This document shows positions 7,932 to 15,864 of a DNA stretch of 20,000 bases, in pieces. The translations under genes and the position numbers were made by a program. The notes below the pieces were generated by a model. The model was not told the origin of the DNA. It worked only from the letters and a program-made list of their open reading frames with translations, and searched no databases. Origin of the DNA: an uncultured virus (IMG/VR IMGVR_UViG_3300010938_000023) (Duplodnaviria > Heunggongvirae > Uroviricota > Caudoviricetes); the IMG/VR virus record IMGVR_UViG_3300010938_000023. One strand, written 5' to 3'. The first letter of the stretch is position 1; the number at the start of each line of letters is the position of its first letter.

Positions 7932-9872
7932 ATGGCCCAACGCAATACCCTGCCAATGGCCGATCCGGCAGTCAGCCTGGGCTCGGTCGTGCCGCTGGAC
8001 GAGCTGAGCCGGTGGCTACAGGACCAGCTTGCCGGTGGCACGCTCCAGGACCTGCCAAGCCTGTACTGGCAGCTACGGGCCTGGCTGAGGCAACGGGCGC
8101 AACAGGCCGGCCAGAGCCAGGCCCAGCCGGTCCTGTGCCGTTGGGGGCACCTGCCGGACGGGTCAGCCTACCAGCAGTTCCAGGCCCAGGTCAGCCTGGA
8201 GCTGGCTCAGCTCCAGGCCCGGCACGTCCAGCTAGCGAGCCGGGCCGCGCTCCAGTTCAATGGGCTATTGACGCTCCTGGCCCGAGCCCGGGCCGAGCTC
8301 GATCGGGCCCAACGGGCAGTATGGCATTATCAGGCACAAGCAATGGATACAGACCAGGAACGGTACCAGCATCTCTACTGTAGCTTCCATACGGACCGGC
8401 CCGATCCCAGCTCCACGGGATATTGGGACCCCAACGGCTGGGTCAGCTTAGGGCTGGTCCAGGGCCAGGACGTACCGTACCAGGTCCAGGTGGACCTGGC
8501 CAACTCGACCCGGAACGGGTTCCCCGGTAACCTCTGGGAGATCAAGAGCTTAGGTCAAGCGGACCAGGGCATCTATCAGGCCGAGAGTGTCCAGACGGTC
8601 CAAGCGGGTCTGGACCTGGCCAGCATCCAGGACGGCCAGCCGGAGACCTATTTCCTCTGGGAACGGATCATGGTCGATCCGGTCCAACGCGACCCGCGTT
8701 ATGCCCGATTGAAGGATGTCCCGAACGCGTTACTGGCCTACTATAACTACAAAGCGGCCCAGGTCAAGTCGGAACTGCAGCTGGGCGAGGGGGTCTGGTA
8801 CGATCCACGCAAGCTGGTGGGCGATGTCCCGTGGACGCTGGCACTTCAGGATCGGGCCGAGACCGATATTGGGTGGGCCCCACCGGAAGGGGGCCAGCTG
8901 AAGCTGGTCCTGGTCCTGACCTTGAATCAGCCGCAGCGGCTGAGCGAGCTGCAGCTATTGGGCTATTTCAGTAGTTTAGACCCGCATCGGCTAGGCTATC
9001 GGATCGAACAGCTGGAGCTGGTCACGGCCGATAATCAGCGGGTGGCTCGGACCGAGCTGGGCCATTGCAGTCCTGACCGGCCAGGCTGGCAGATCACCTG
9101 CCCGACCGACCAGCCGGTCCTGGCCCTACGACTGACCCTGGTCCAGAAGGATAGCTATCCGACCCGGATCGGCCATCCGTTCTGGGTGCAACGGACCCAG
9201 GTGAAGAAATCGGGCTCCGGCATGTTTGGGCTGGTATCGGAACTCTGGAACGGACGGAACACCCGGGTCAGCTTCAAACGGGTCCCGGCCCCCGCCCAGG
9301 GGCAGCCCGTAACGTCCGTTTCGGGCCGAGGCTCGACCCCGTTGGAGGACGTGCTGGGGATCGTAGCGGCCCGTCAGTGGGGGATCCCGGCCCAGCTGTT
9401 CGGCGGCACCTCCAAGGTCGTCACGAAAGAGATCGAAGGCCCGTTCTGGGACGTCTTCACGGCCAAACGCTGGTCGATCGGGATCCGCGACCTGAGATTG
9501 GTCAGTCGCGAATATGAGCGATACAGCAGTATCATCAGCCCGGTCCTGGAGCTGACCGGCCGCTGGCAGGCGGTGAGCCTGATCGTGCAGGAGCAGGTCC
9601 CGGAAAGTTTCCCACGGGACCAGGTCTGGGTCCGTTACTATCTCCAGGTCGGTCGGACCGGGGAATGGCACGAGCTCCGACCGCTGGACCGACCGGACTG
9701 GCCGGGATCGGATCCGGCGGCCGAAGTGCTCTATCGGGCCGATCTGGTGCCGGACTCGGCAGCAGACGAGCCGAGCACCAGCTTCCGGGTCCGGATCGAT
9801 CTGAACCGGCCGGAGGACCAGCCTCAGCACAGCCCGGTCGTAGCGGGCTTCACGCTCCGGTTCGTACGGTAA
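7932..9872 (+). CDS. Putative virion protein (646 aa); paralog family member 2
   Basis: AAGAAGGA RBS. Coiled-coil N-terminal region, WSIGIRDLRL motif, C-terminal FRVRIDLNRP...SPVVAGFTL. Confidence 0.72.
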   Translation: MAQRNTLPMADPAVSLGSVVPLDELSRWLQDQLAGGTLQDLPSLYWQLRAWLRQRAQQAGQSQAQPVLCRWGHLPDGSAYQQFQAQVSLELAQLQARHVQLASRAALQFNGLLTLLARARAELDRAQRAVWHYQAQAMDTDQERYQHLYCSFHTDRPDPSSTGYWDPNGWVSLGLVQGQDVPYQVQVDLANSTRNGFPGNLWEIKSLGQADQGIYQAESVQTVQAGLDLASIQDGQPETYFLWERIMVDPVQRDPRYARLKDVPNALLAYYNYKAAQVKSELQLGEGVWYDPRKLVGDVPWTLALQDRAETDIGWAPPEGGQLKLVLVLTLNQPQRLSELQLLGYFSSLDPHRLGYRIEQLELVTADNQRVARTELGHCSPDRPGWQITCPTDQPVLALRLTLVQKDSYPTRIGHPFWVQRTQVKKSGSGMFGLVSELWNGRNTRVSFKRVPAPAQGQPVTSVSGRGSTPLEDVLGIVAARQWGIPAQLFGGTSKVVTKEIEGPFWDVFTAKRWSIGIRDLRLVSREYERYSSIISPVLELTGRWQAVSLIVQEQVPESFPRDQVWVRYYLQVGRTGEWHELRPLDRPDWPGSDPAAEVLYRADLVPDSAADEPSTSFRVRIDLNRPEDQPQHSPVVAGFTLRFVR

Positions 9873-9915
9873 GAAAGAGGGGCCTTTTTTAGGGGCGGGG
9901 AAGGGCTTAGGGGAG

Positions 9916-12084
9916 ATGCCGGACATAGTACGGTACCAAGAGCTGATCAAAGAGAGCTGGGCCTGGCGCCAGAGCTGGTGTCCGGAACTGGAGTCCGGCC
10001 CGGACAGCGCAGCCAATCCGGACCGGGTCGGTCCGGATTCGGACCTCTGGCCGGGTCGGCCGTTCCATCGGGCGCAGGCCGCGTGGACCGACCAGTCGGT
10101 GGAGCCGATGACCCGGAACGTACGGGCCGATCTGACGGTGCTACACCAGGCGGCGAACGCGTTAGAGGCTCGGGCCGAACGGCTCTGGCAGCAGGTCTAT
10201 GCGGACCGCCAAACGGTCACAGCCCACTGGCAGAGCTTGGTCCGGAGCCTGGGCCAGCCCTATCGGGAATCCGGTCGGTCTGCAGGCCATTGGCGTGCGA
10301 CCGCGCAGGACCTTGTGGCCTCGGGCTTAGCGACCATATCGAACCTGGCCCGGGCCGGTTCGGGCCTCATGCTGGAGGCAGAAGCGCATCTGGACCTGGT
10401 GGCACTGGGCCAGGTACAGCTGGTCGCGGCCCGGTACCGGGGCAGCCCGGTGTGGCAACCGATCCCGACCCAGGACGCGTTACTGGACCCAGACCCACGT
10501 ACGGGCCTGATCGTGGTCCAGGAGCCATATCGGCCGGAGAACCAGTTAGAGCTGGAGTTCCAGCTGGCCTCGCTCCATACGATCAGCTGGCTGGGTGTGG
10601 AGCTATGGGGCGATCAGGACCAGGTTGAGCTCTGGATTCGGCCGGACCTAGGCCAGGACGAGTCCGGCTGGCGGGCCTGGTCTGGCCCGGACCAGGTCCG
10701 CCGGATCCGGGTCTTGATCCGGCCCGAGCCCGGCCAGGTCTGGTATGGGCTGAAACATCTACAGCTGGGCCAGGCTGAATACCAGCGACAGGGCAGCTTG
10801 ATCTTTCCCGTACCCTGGCCGGAACAGGGCCGTTGGCAGTTCCAAGTGGACCAGCAGGTGCCCGCAGGCTGTCAGGTCCGGCACGACTATTCGTACGATT
10901 CCGGCCAGACCTGGCAGCCGATCCGGCCCGGGGAGCAGGTGGTCGTGCAGACTGAGCAGCTGGCAGTGACGGTCTGTAGCCAATATGAGGTGGCCGAACT
11001 GGAGCCCGGCAGGCGGGGCCGACCCAACCTGTGGCGTACGGTCGAGCCGGTCCTGGCCGGGTGGACGGAGGGCCAGCCTCGTCCGATCGTGTATCGGGGC
11101 GAGCAGCAGTTCTGGGCCAGCTGCTTCTATATGGAATCTGCATGGCAGCCAGGCCCGTCGGGCCAGGTCACACGAAGGGTACAGGTCGAAAGTATCGGGT
11201 CCGCCTTCTGGGACCAGCTGGGTGTCCGCAGCCGACTGGCCCGGCACGGCCTGGTCAGTCCAACGGACTATACGGCCGATCCAGTCGAACAGGCGGGCCG
11301 AGTCCTGATGTTGGACGAATCGGGCCCCATGGTGCTCCGGGTCGCACGGGGGCTCCGGGACCGGCTGGTCCGGTTAGAGACCTGGCTATGGTGTGAATGG
11401 GCCAGTAGCAGCTTATATACCGTCGAGTGCCCCTGGCCAAGTGGGACCCGGGAGGGGTACGGGCTGAGCCTGTTGGTCGAGCTGAACGGCAGCCGGATCG
11501 TACCACTGGACAGCCAAGCAAGCGACCGAGTCCAGACGATGCCCGTCAAGCTGCAAGCAGGCTGGAACAAGTTCCAAATCTATTTCTATCGGAACGTACC
11601 GCAGGATTTGGACCTGCAGCTGGCAGCCTCGAACAAGGCACATGTGTTCCTGGCCACGTTCCAATTCAACCCGGTCCGGACCGATGTCAAACAGTACCAT
11701 GGGCTGCAACGGGTCTGTGCAGAACCTCGACCGATGCAGTGGCTGCCCTACGATTGGCTAGCGGCCCGTGGCCCGGACGGGAACCCAAGCTGGAACGGCC
11801 GGTACGAGCCGTACTATAGCTGGGACGAGCAGGGTCGGCTGGTATTCGGGTATGATCCAGGCAGCACCCAGCCCGTGGATCGGCCAGGTCGGGTCCCAAT
11901 CTATGCCCAGGATGGGCAGCCCAATGAATATGAATATCTGGCTCGGTCGGCCCACCAGCTCCGGGTCGAACATTGGGTAGGGCCGAACCAGACCGGCCCG
12001 ATCCTGGTCCGGACCACCCTGATCGGGCCCGGTGACCGGAGCCCAAGCCTAGTCCAGTACGAGCTAATACCGGCCGAGCCCTAA
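9916..12084 (+). CDS. Putative virion protein (722 aa); paralog family member 3
   Basis: G-rich RBS-like sequence directly upstream. ADLTVLHQAANAL helix, WYGLKHLQL motif, YSYDSGQTW Asp-box-like motif, C-terminal SPSLVQYEL. Confidence 0.72.
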   Translation: MPDIVRYQELIKESWAWRQSWCPELESGPDSAANPDRVGPDSDLWPGRPFHRAQAAWTDQSVEPMTRNVRADLTVLHQAANALEARAERLWQQVYADRQTVTAHWQSLVRSLGQPYRESGRSAGHWRATAQDLVASGLATISNLARAGSGLMLEAEAHLDLVALGQVQLVAARYRGSPVWQPIPTQDALLDPDPRTGLIVVQEPYRPENQLELEFQLASLHTISWLGVELWGDQDQVELWIRPDLGQDESGWRAWSGPDQVRRIRVLIRPEPGQVWYGLKHLQLGQAEYQRQGSLIFPVPWPEQGRWQFQVDQQVPAGCQVRHDYSYDSGQTWQPIRPGEQVVVQTEQLAVTVCSQYEVAELEPGRRGRPNLWRTVEPVLAGWTEGQPRPIVYRGEQQFWASCFYMESAWQPGPSGQVTRRVQVESIGSAFWDQLGVRSRLARHGLVSPTDYTADPVEQAGRVLMLDESGPMVLRVARGLRDRLVRLETWLWCEWASSSLYTVECPWPSGTREGYGLSLLVELNGSRIVPLDSQASDRVQTMPVKLQAGWNKFQIYFYRNVPQDLDLQLAASNKAHVFLATFQFNPVRTDVKQYHGLQRVCAEPRPMQWLPYDWLAARGPDGNPSWNGRYEPYYSWDEQGRLVFGYDPGSTQPVDRPGRVPIYAQDGQPNEYEYLARSAHQLRVEHWVGPNQTGPILVRTTLIGPGDRSPSLVQYELIPAEP

Positions 12085-12101
12085 TACGGGCCGAGCCCTA
12101 A
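12064..12101. repeat. 17-bp tandem duplication CTAATAC(C/G)GGCCGAGCC spanning the stop codon of the 722-aa gene
   Basis: ctaataccggccgagcc (12064-12080), ctaatacgggccgagcc (12081-12097), then ctaa. One mismatch. Confidence 0.85.
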
Positions 12102-12168
12102 GCTCAGGTAAAGATCATAGGACGGGTGCCAAGACGAAAACGATTGGTAGCCAGGACAGGATAGAGCA

Positions 12169-12348
12169 ATGTGGAAATGGTGGACCGCTCACTACCTGAT
12201 GGAGAACACCCAGAGTGTGTTGATGGTCTTCGGTGAGGTTGGGAGGAAGGACGGCCCGGCGGAGGCAGGGAAGGACCAGGCCAAGGCGGTGGAGGGCCTG
12301 AAGGAGGCAGGGAAGGACCGGGCGGAGGATAAAGCTGTTTTCAAATAA
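12169..12348 (+). CDS. Possible small protein (59 aa) MWKWWTAHYLMENTQSVLMVFGEVGRKDGPAEAGKDQAKAVEGLKEAGKDRAEDKAVFK
   Basis: Read by hand: ATG 12169 to TAA 12348, with AGGA 8 nt upstream and an internal EAGKD repeat. Not in the supplied ORF track. Could be a purine-rich non-coding tract instead. Confidence 0.4.
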   Translation: MWKWWTAHYLMENTQSVLMVFGEVGRKDGPAEAGKDQAKAVEGLKEAGKDRAEDKAVFK

Positions 12349-12435
12349 CCAATACTATCATTGGCTGAAGAAAGGCAGCCTTCCAGACCTGCCAGGGTTT
12401 AAGTAGGTCTGGTAAAACCAGGTGAAATAGGACCG

Positions 12436-12684
12436 ATGCTGGATACAAGGCTCACAATTAAGATGGTCTGCATAGCGTTAGCGAGCAGCATGTCGAGTGT
12501 ACTGGCACTCATGCCGGAAACGGTCGATTGGCAGGTACGGGCGGCGTTAGCGGCCTGTGCCGCGTTCTTCGGCTCGATTGCCGCGTTCCTGGATAAGGGG
12601 GTCGCGAACCTGGAACGCAAATACAATGGGGAGCAAGCAGACCAGGAGCAGGACGAGCCGCTGTCCGAACCCATTGAACTATAG
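12436..12684 (+). CDS. Small two-TM membrane protein, holin-like (82 aa)
   Basis: Two hydrophobic segments (MVCIALASSMSSVLALM; AALAACAAFFGSIAAFL), short loop, charged C-terminal tail. No endolysin next to it. Confidence 0.55.
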   Translation: MLDTRLTIKMVCIALASSMSSVLALMPETVDWQVRAALAACAAFFGSIAAFLDKGVANLERKYNGEQADQEQDEPLSEPIEL

Positions 12685-12910
12685 GGCCAGGCAGGGGCTC
12701 AGGGCCCGGCTAGAAAAGCTATAATAACCTTAGCAAGGCCACGAGATGAGCAACCAATGGGTTTCCCACGTGACCGCATCACAGTGTTGGATCGACCGGC
12801 TTGGAAGGCAAGTTTAGTCGAAATCTGTCCTTGCTAGCCGGACAGGTATAGGACGTGAGTGGGCTGGGCACGAGCGTGGACGGGTGGCCGTGTCGGATTT
12901 AGGGTAGGCC

Positions 12911-13597
12911 ATGACGTACAGGCCACTGGTGCAGCTGGCGGACGAGTTAGCGACCCGGTTCGGGTCCGGTCAGGAGCCCTGGGCCGAGTCTGGGATACGG
13001 GCCTGGCTCGGCTGGGTCAGTGCTCATGCCCATGAGAAGACGGACCGTGAGCTGGCCTGGTTGGTCCGGTACCTGAAGTGGCGTCAGCCTCGGCAGGTCG
13101 TGGAGCTGGGAGTCCGGGACGGCGATTTTACGGGGTTCCTGGCACGGGCCTGTCAGCGGGTATCGGACCGGACCTGGGTGTTCGGGATCGATCTGTTCAG
13201 TAGTGCAGCACCGGGCTGGGAAGGCCATAGTTTGGGCTGGTGCCAGGCTCGATTACGGCAGTTCGAGCGGGCCGGGCTGATACTGGCCGAATCGGGCCAG
13301 GCCGCGACACGGTTCCAGCCCCAGACGGTCGGGCTGATCTTCGTGGATGCGGACCATCAGTATGATGCGGTCCGTAAGGATGTGCTGGCCTGGTGGTCGC
13401 GGCTAGAGCAGGGGGGCTGGCTGGTCTGTCATGATTATAGATCGGTCCCGGACGTTGCGGTCGCGTTAGGCTCGATCTTCCGGCCCGATCAGATTGGGGT
13501 CTTGGACCCGGATTCGGACTATCAGATGGCAGTCTGTATCAAGACCGGTGAACGGCTAGTTCCGGGTGAGGCGGATGCGGAAGTCTGGTACTCATAA
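12911..13597 (+). CDS. Class I SAM-dependent methyltransferase (Methyltransf_24-like)
   Basis: Motif I VVELGVRDG, then FGIDLF and LIFVDADHQYDAVRKD...LEQGGWLVCHDY, typical of this family. No DNA-methyltransferase DPPY/NPPY or PC motif seen. Confidence 0.88.
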   Translation: MTYRPLVQLADELATRFGSGQEPWAESGIRAWLGWVSAHAHEKTDRELAWLVRYLKWRQPRQVVELGVRDGDFTGFLARACQRVSDRTWVFGIDLFSSAAPGWEGHSLGWCQARLRQFERAGLILAESGQAATRFQPQTVGLIFVDADHQYDAVRKDVLAWWSRLEQGGWLVCHDYRSVPDVAVALGSIFRPDQIGVLDPDSDYQMAVCIKTGERLVPGEADAEVWYS

Positions 13598-13829
13598 CCT
13601 GGGCCGGGCCGGGCAGGTCAGTGGAACTTCAGGGCCGGAATCGGGCCCACGGGCCCGGGATGGGGGGCCAGAACGAGCCTAGAGACATTAGAGGAATGGA
13701 AGCCAGATGTNNNNNNNNNNCCTGGGCCGGGCAGGTCAGTGGAACTTCAGGGCCGGAATCGGGCCCGTGGGCCCGGGGATGGGGGGCCAGAACGAGCCTA
13801 GAGACATTAGAGGAATGGAAGCCAGATGT
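13598..13829. repeat. Near-identical ~110-bp copies (13598-13710 and 13721-13829) flanking a 10-N scaffold gap; probable assembly overlap of two alleles
   Basis: Both copies read cctgggcc...gcaggtcagtggaacttcagggccggaatcgggccc..gggcccggg(g)atggggggccagaacgagcctagagacattagaggaatggaagccagatgt, with three differences. Confidence 0.9.
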
Positions 13830-14296
13830 CGGACAGCTTCTATCATGGCCGGCAAGTAACGGTACGGGGTGTCGCACCGGAAAGTGATGGCCAGCTATTC
13901 CAGATACGGCAGGGCACGATCCAGAAGCTGGCCGAGCTCTATCCGGAGCTGGCCGAGTACCGGTCGGGCCGGCTGGGGTCCGGGCCGAGCTGCTGGCTGG
14001 ACCTGGTCCCGGAGCCCGATAACCCTTATGACCGGCATGCCGTAGCCGTCTATGTCCAGGTCCAGGGGGTACGGGTCCAGCTGGGCTACCTGCCACGTGA
14101 GGTCAGTGACGAGCTGGGGCCTGAGGTCGAGCAGGGGCTCTGGCTGGGCAAGCTCAGCCAGATCGTAGGGGGTCGGGAGCCCGGCCAGCGTTGGGGCCTG
14201 CGGCTCACGTTGTACCGAAGACGTGACCATGCCCAGCTGGCCGAGCCGGACCCAGAGCTCAGTCCAGTCCTCAGTCAGATAGGGATGAGGCCATGA
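13826..14296 (+). CDS. HIRAN domain protein (156 aa)
   Basis: VTVRGV...LDLVPEPDNPYDRHAVAVY...QLGYLPREVS is the HIRAN signature. AGAGGA upstream. Confidence 0.9.
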   Translation: MSDSFYHGRQVTVRGVAPESDGQLFQIRQGTIQKLAELYPELAEYRSGRLGSGPSCWLDLVPEPDNPYDRHAVAVYVQVQGVRVQLGYLPREVSDELGPEVEQGLWLGKLSQIVGGREPGQRWGLRLTLYRRRDHAQLAEPDPELSPVLSQIGMRP

Positions 14297-14760
14297 GCAG
14301 CTATTATCGAACCAGTCGGCAGCGTTACCGAGGCTATCGTGAGGCAGAACCGTTACAGCAGCAGTTAGAGCTGTGGCGGCACGGGAGCCAGCAGCTGGCC
14401 GATCAGCTAGAGGAGTTGGCCCAACGGACCTATGGCCTTTCGACCAGCACGTTGGCCTGGTCGCTGGCCCAGCTCTGGGGCGAACGACCGATCTGGGGCC
14501 GGATCGGGAGTGTGAGCACGACGACGACCCTGACCGTGATCTATGATCCGGAGAACGGCTATTGGACCGGACCCGAGCTCACGGGCGGGCTCGCGTTCTT
14601 CGCAGGCCAGTCGGGTCTGTACAGTGTGGTGAGCACTATGGCGTCCTGTTTCGCAGTACTTGCGACCGGACTGGACCAGGTCCGGCCCGGCGGAAGCTAT
14701 TGGATTGAACGGACCCTACCTCTGATCGCACAATGGCAATCTGCACGGTTATCGGGCTGA
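14293..14760 (+). CDS. Hypothetical protein (155 aa) with N-terminal coiled coil, possibly virion-associated
   Basis: ATGA overlap with the HIRAN stop codon, GAGG RBS. RYRGYREAEPLQQQLELW...LADQLEELA helix followed by a beta-rich part. Confidence 0.65.
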   Translation: MSSYYRTSRQRYRGYREAEPLQQQLELWRHGSQQLADQLEELAQRTYGLSTSTLAWSLAQLWGERPIWGRIGSVSTTTTLTVIYDPENGYWTGPELTGGLAFFAGQSGLYSVVSTMASCFAVLATGLDQVRPGGSYWIERTLPLIAQWQSARLSG

Positions 14761-14865
14761 GGGTCCGAGCCTTGGTCCGGAACTGAGGTGTGATGGCAGG
14801 TGTGTCCGGTTCTCCGGAACGGACCGGAACCCAGAGACGAGTGGAGGGGGCAGAACAGGAAGAAC

Positions 14866-15864
14866 ATGGCACCTATTTCATTGACCAGCCCACAGGTGAA
14901 GTTTGTGCCCGGTACGGCCAGCCAGAGCAGCCAGCTCAACGAGCTGACCGATGGGCTCAGTCGCGACCTCGCGATCCTGCATCAGATAGCGCGTCAGCTC
15001 CAGTCGGACCTGGACCGTGCCCTCACGGCCAGCCCGGTCCAGATCGAGCTGCTCCAGGAACAGATCCTGGGTGTGAGCCCCGCGGGTTGGACCGTCAATT
15101 TCCATGGCCGAGCGAGCTTAGAGCCGGAGAACACTGCCCAGATCGATCCGTTCTATGGCCAAGCGACACTACCGATCCTGGCCTATATGGGCCAGACCCA
15201 GCTATGGTACCAAGGCCAGGTCCGAGTGCCGGATTCGGTAAATGTGACCTATCGGCTGGCCGAATCGGACCCTTATCAGACGGATCCGACGGCCCGGGCG
15301 TGCCTGACCGGGCAGAGTTGGGACTGTTGGGTCCATAAGTTGGAGCCGGTTACGGGCGAACAGCAGGTGTGGATCCGATTAGAGCTGGCTCGGACCGTGA
15401 TCAGTCCGATCAACTGTATCGAGTTTGTGCCGTTCCCGATGGGGGGGCTGACACTGGTGGGTGCGTCCTATTCCGGGGCAGGTGGTCAGGAGATCGAACT
15501 CCCGTTAGACTATCTCACGGGCTACGAGCCCGGCAGTGGGACCGTCCCCCAGGTGGGTCCGTGCCGTTGGCTGATCGAGCCGCGACCGGTCCGAACGGTG
15601 ACGTGGCATCTGACGGGTCAGGCTCGTGCCGGCCAGTTCTGGTTCGGGGCCCGGTTCGTACGGGCCGGCCGGATCGTGTTCGGCAGTCAGGCCCAGCTGG
15701 TCTGTAACGTGACGGGCAGCCAGCCCGTGACGAGCTGCCAGGTCTATGGCCGGTACAGTGGTCCAATCCAGCTGAACCAGCCGCGGACCGGTCGGGTGCA
15801 GCTGGTATTAGCCCCGATGGCGGAACTGCCCAGCCCGATCATTCAGGGGCTCCAGGCGAGCTAG
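14866..15864 (+). CDS. Putative virion protein (332 aa from ATG 14866); paralog family member 4
   Basis: Start moved from 14800 to ATG 14866 because of the AGGAAG RBS. Carries RDLAILHQIARQL, FWFGARFVRA and C-terminal SPIIQGL motifs. Confidence 0.7.
   Translation: MAPISLTSPQVKFVPGTASQSSQLNELTDGLSRDLAILHQIARQLQSDLDRALTASPVQIELLQEQILGVSPAGWTVNFHGRASLEPENTAQIDPFYGQATLPILAYMGQTQLWYQGQVRVPDSVNVTYRLAESDPYQTDPTARACLTGQSWDCWVHKLEPVTGEQQVWIRLELARTVISPINCIEFVPFPMGGLTLVGASYSGAGGQEIELPLDYLTGYEPGSGTVPQVGPCRWLIEPRPVRTVTWHLTGQARAGQFWFGARFVRAGRIVFGSQAQLVCNVTGSQPVTSCQVYGRYSGPIQLNQPRTGRVQLVLAPMAELPSPIIQGLQAS

Noticed and set aside
9873..9890. Possible terminator AAAGAGG-GG-CCTTTTTT
   Set aside because: The stem is weak with a 2-nt loop, and it lies between co-oriented paralogs.
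795..12046. Many 60-300 aa overlapping or antisense ORFs rich in G/P/R/A (e.g. 2062-2868, 4645-5301, 9126-10016, 9978-10628)
   Set aside because: Expected in GC-rich, stop-poor DNA. They are nested in or opposite longer coherent genes, and their composition mirrors the GGNCC bias.
12720..12836. TATAAT at 12720-12725 and tiny downstream ORFs
   Set aside because: No matching -35 or extended -10, and the ORFs are under 30 aa with no support.
13598..13829. A true biological direct repeat, att site or terminal repeat
   Set aside because: The copies abut a round 10-N gap exactly, which is typical of scaffolding overlap. Kept only as evidence of allelic variation.
13621..14096. ORFs spanning the N gap (13621-13887 + and 13629-14096 -)
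   Set aside because: They depend on the gap and the duplicated flanks.
14790..15338. 182-aa alternative-frame ORF, and the 14800 start for the 354-aa ORF
   Set aside because: The alternative frame is low-complexity. ATG 14866 has the better RBS and keeps the family motifs.
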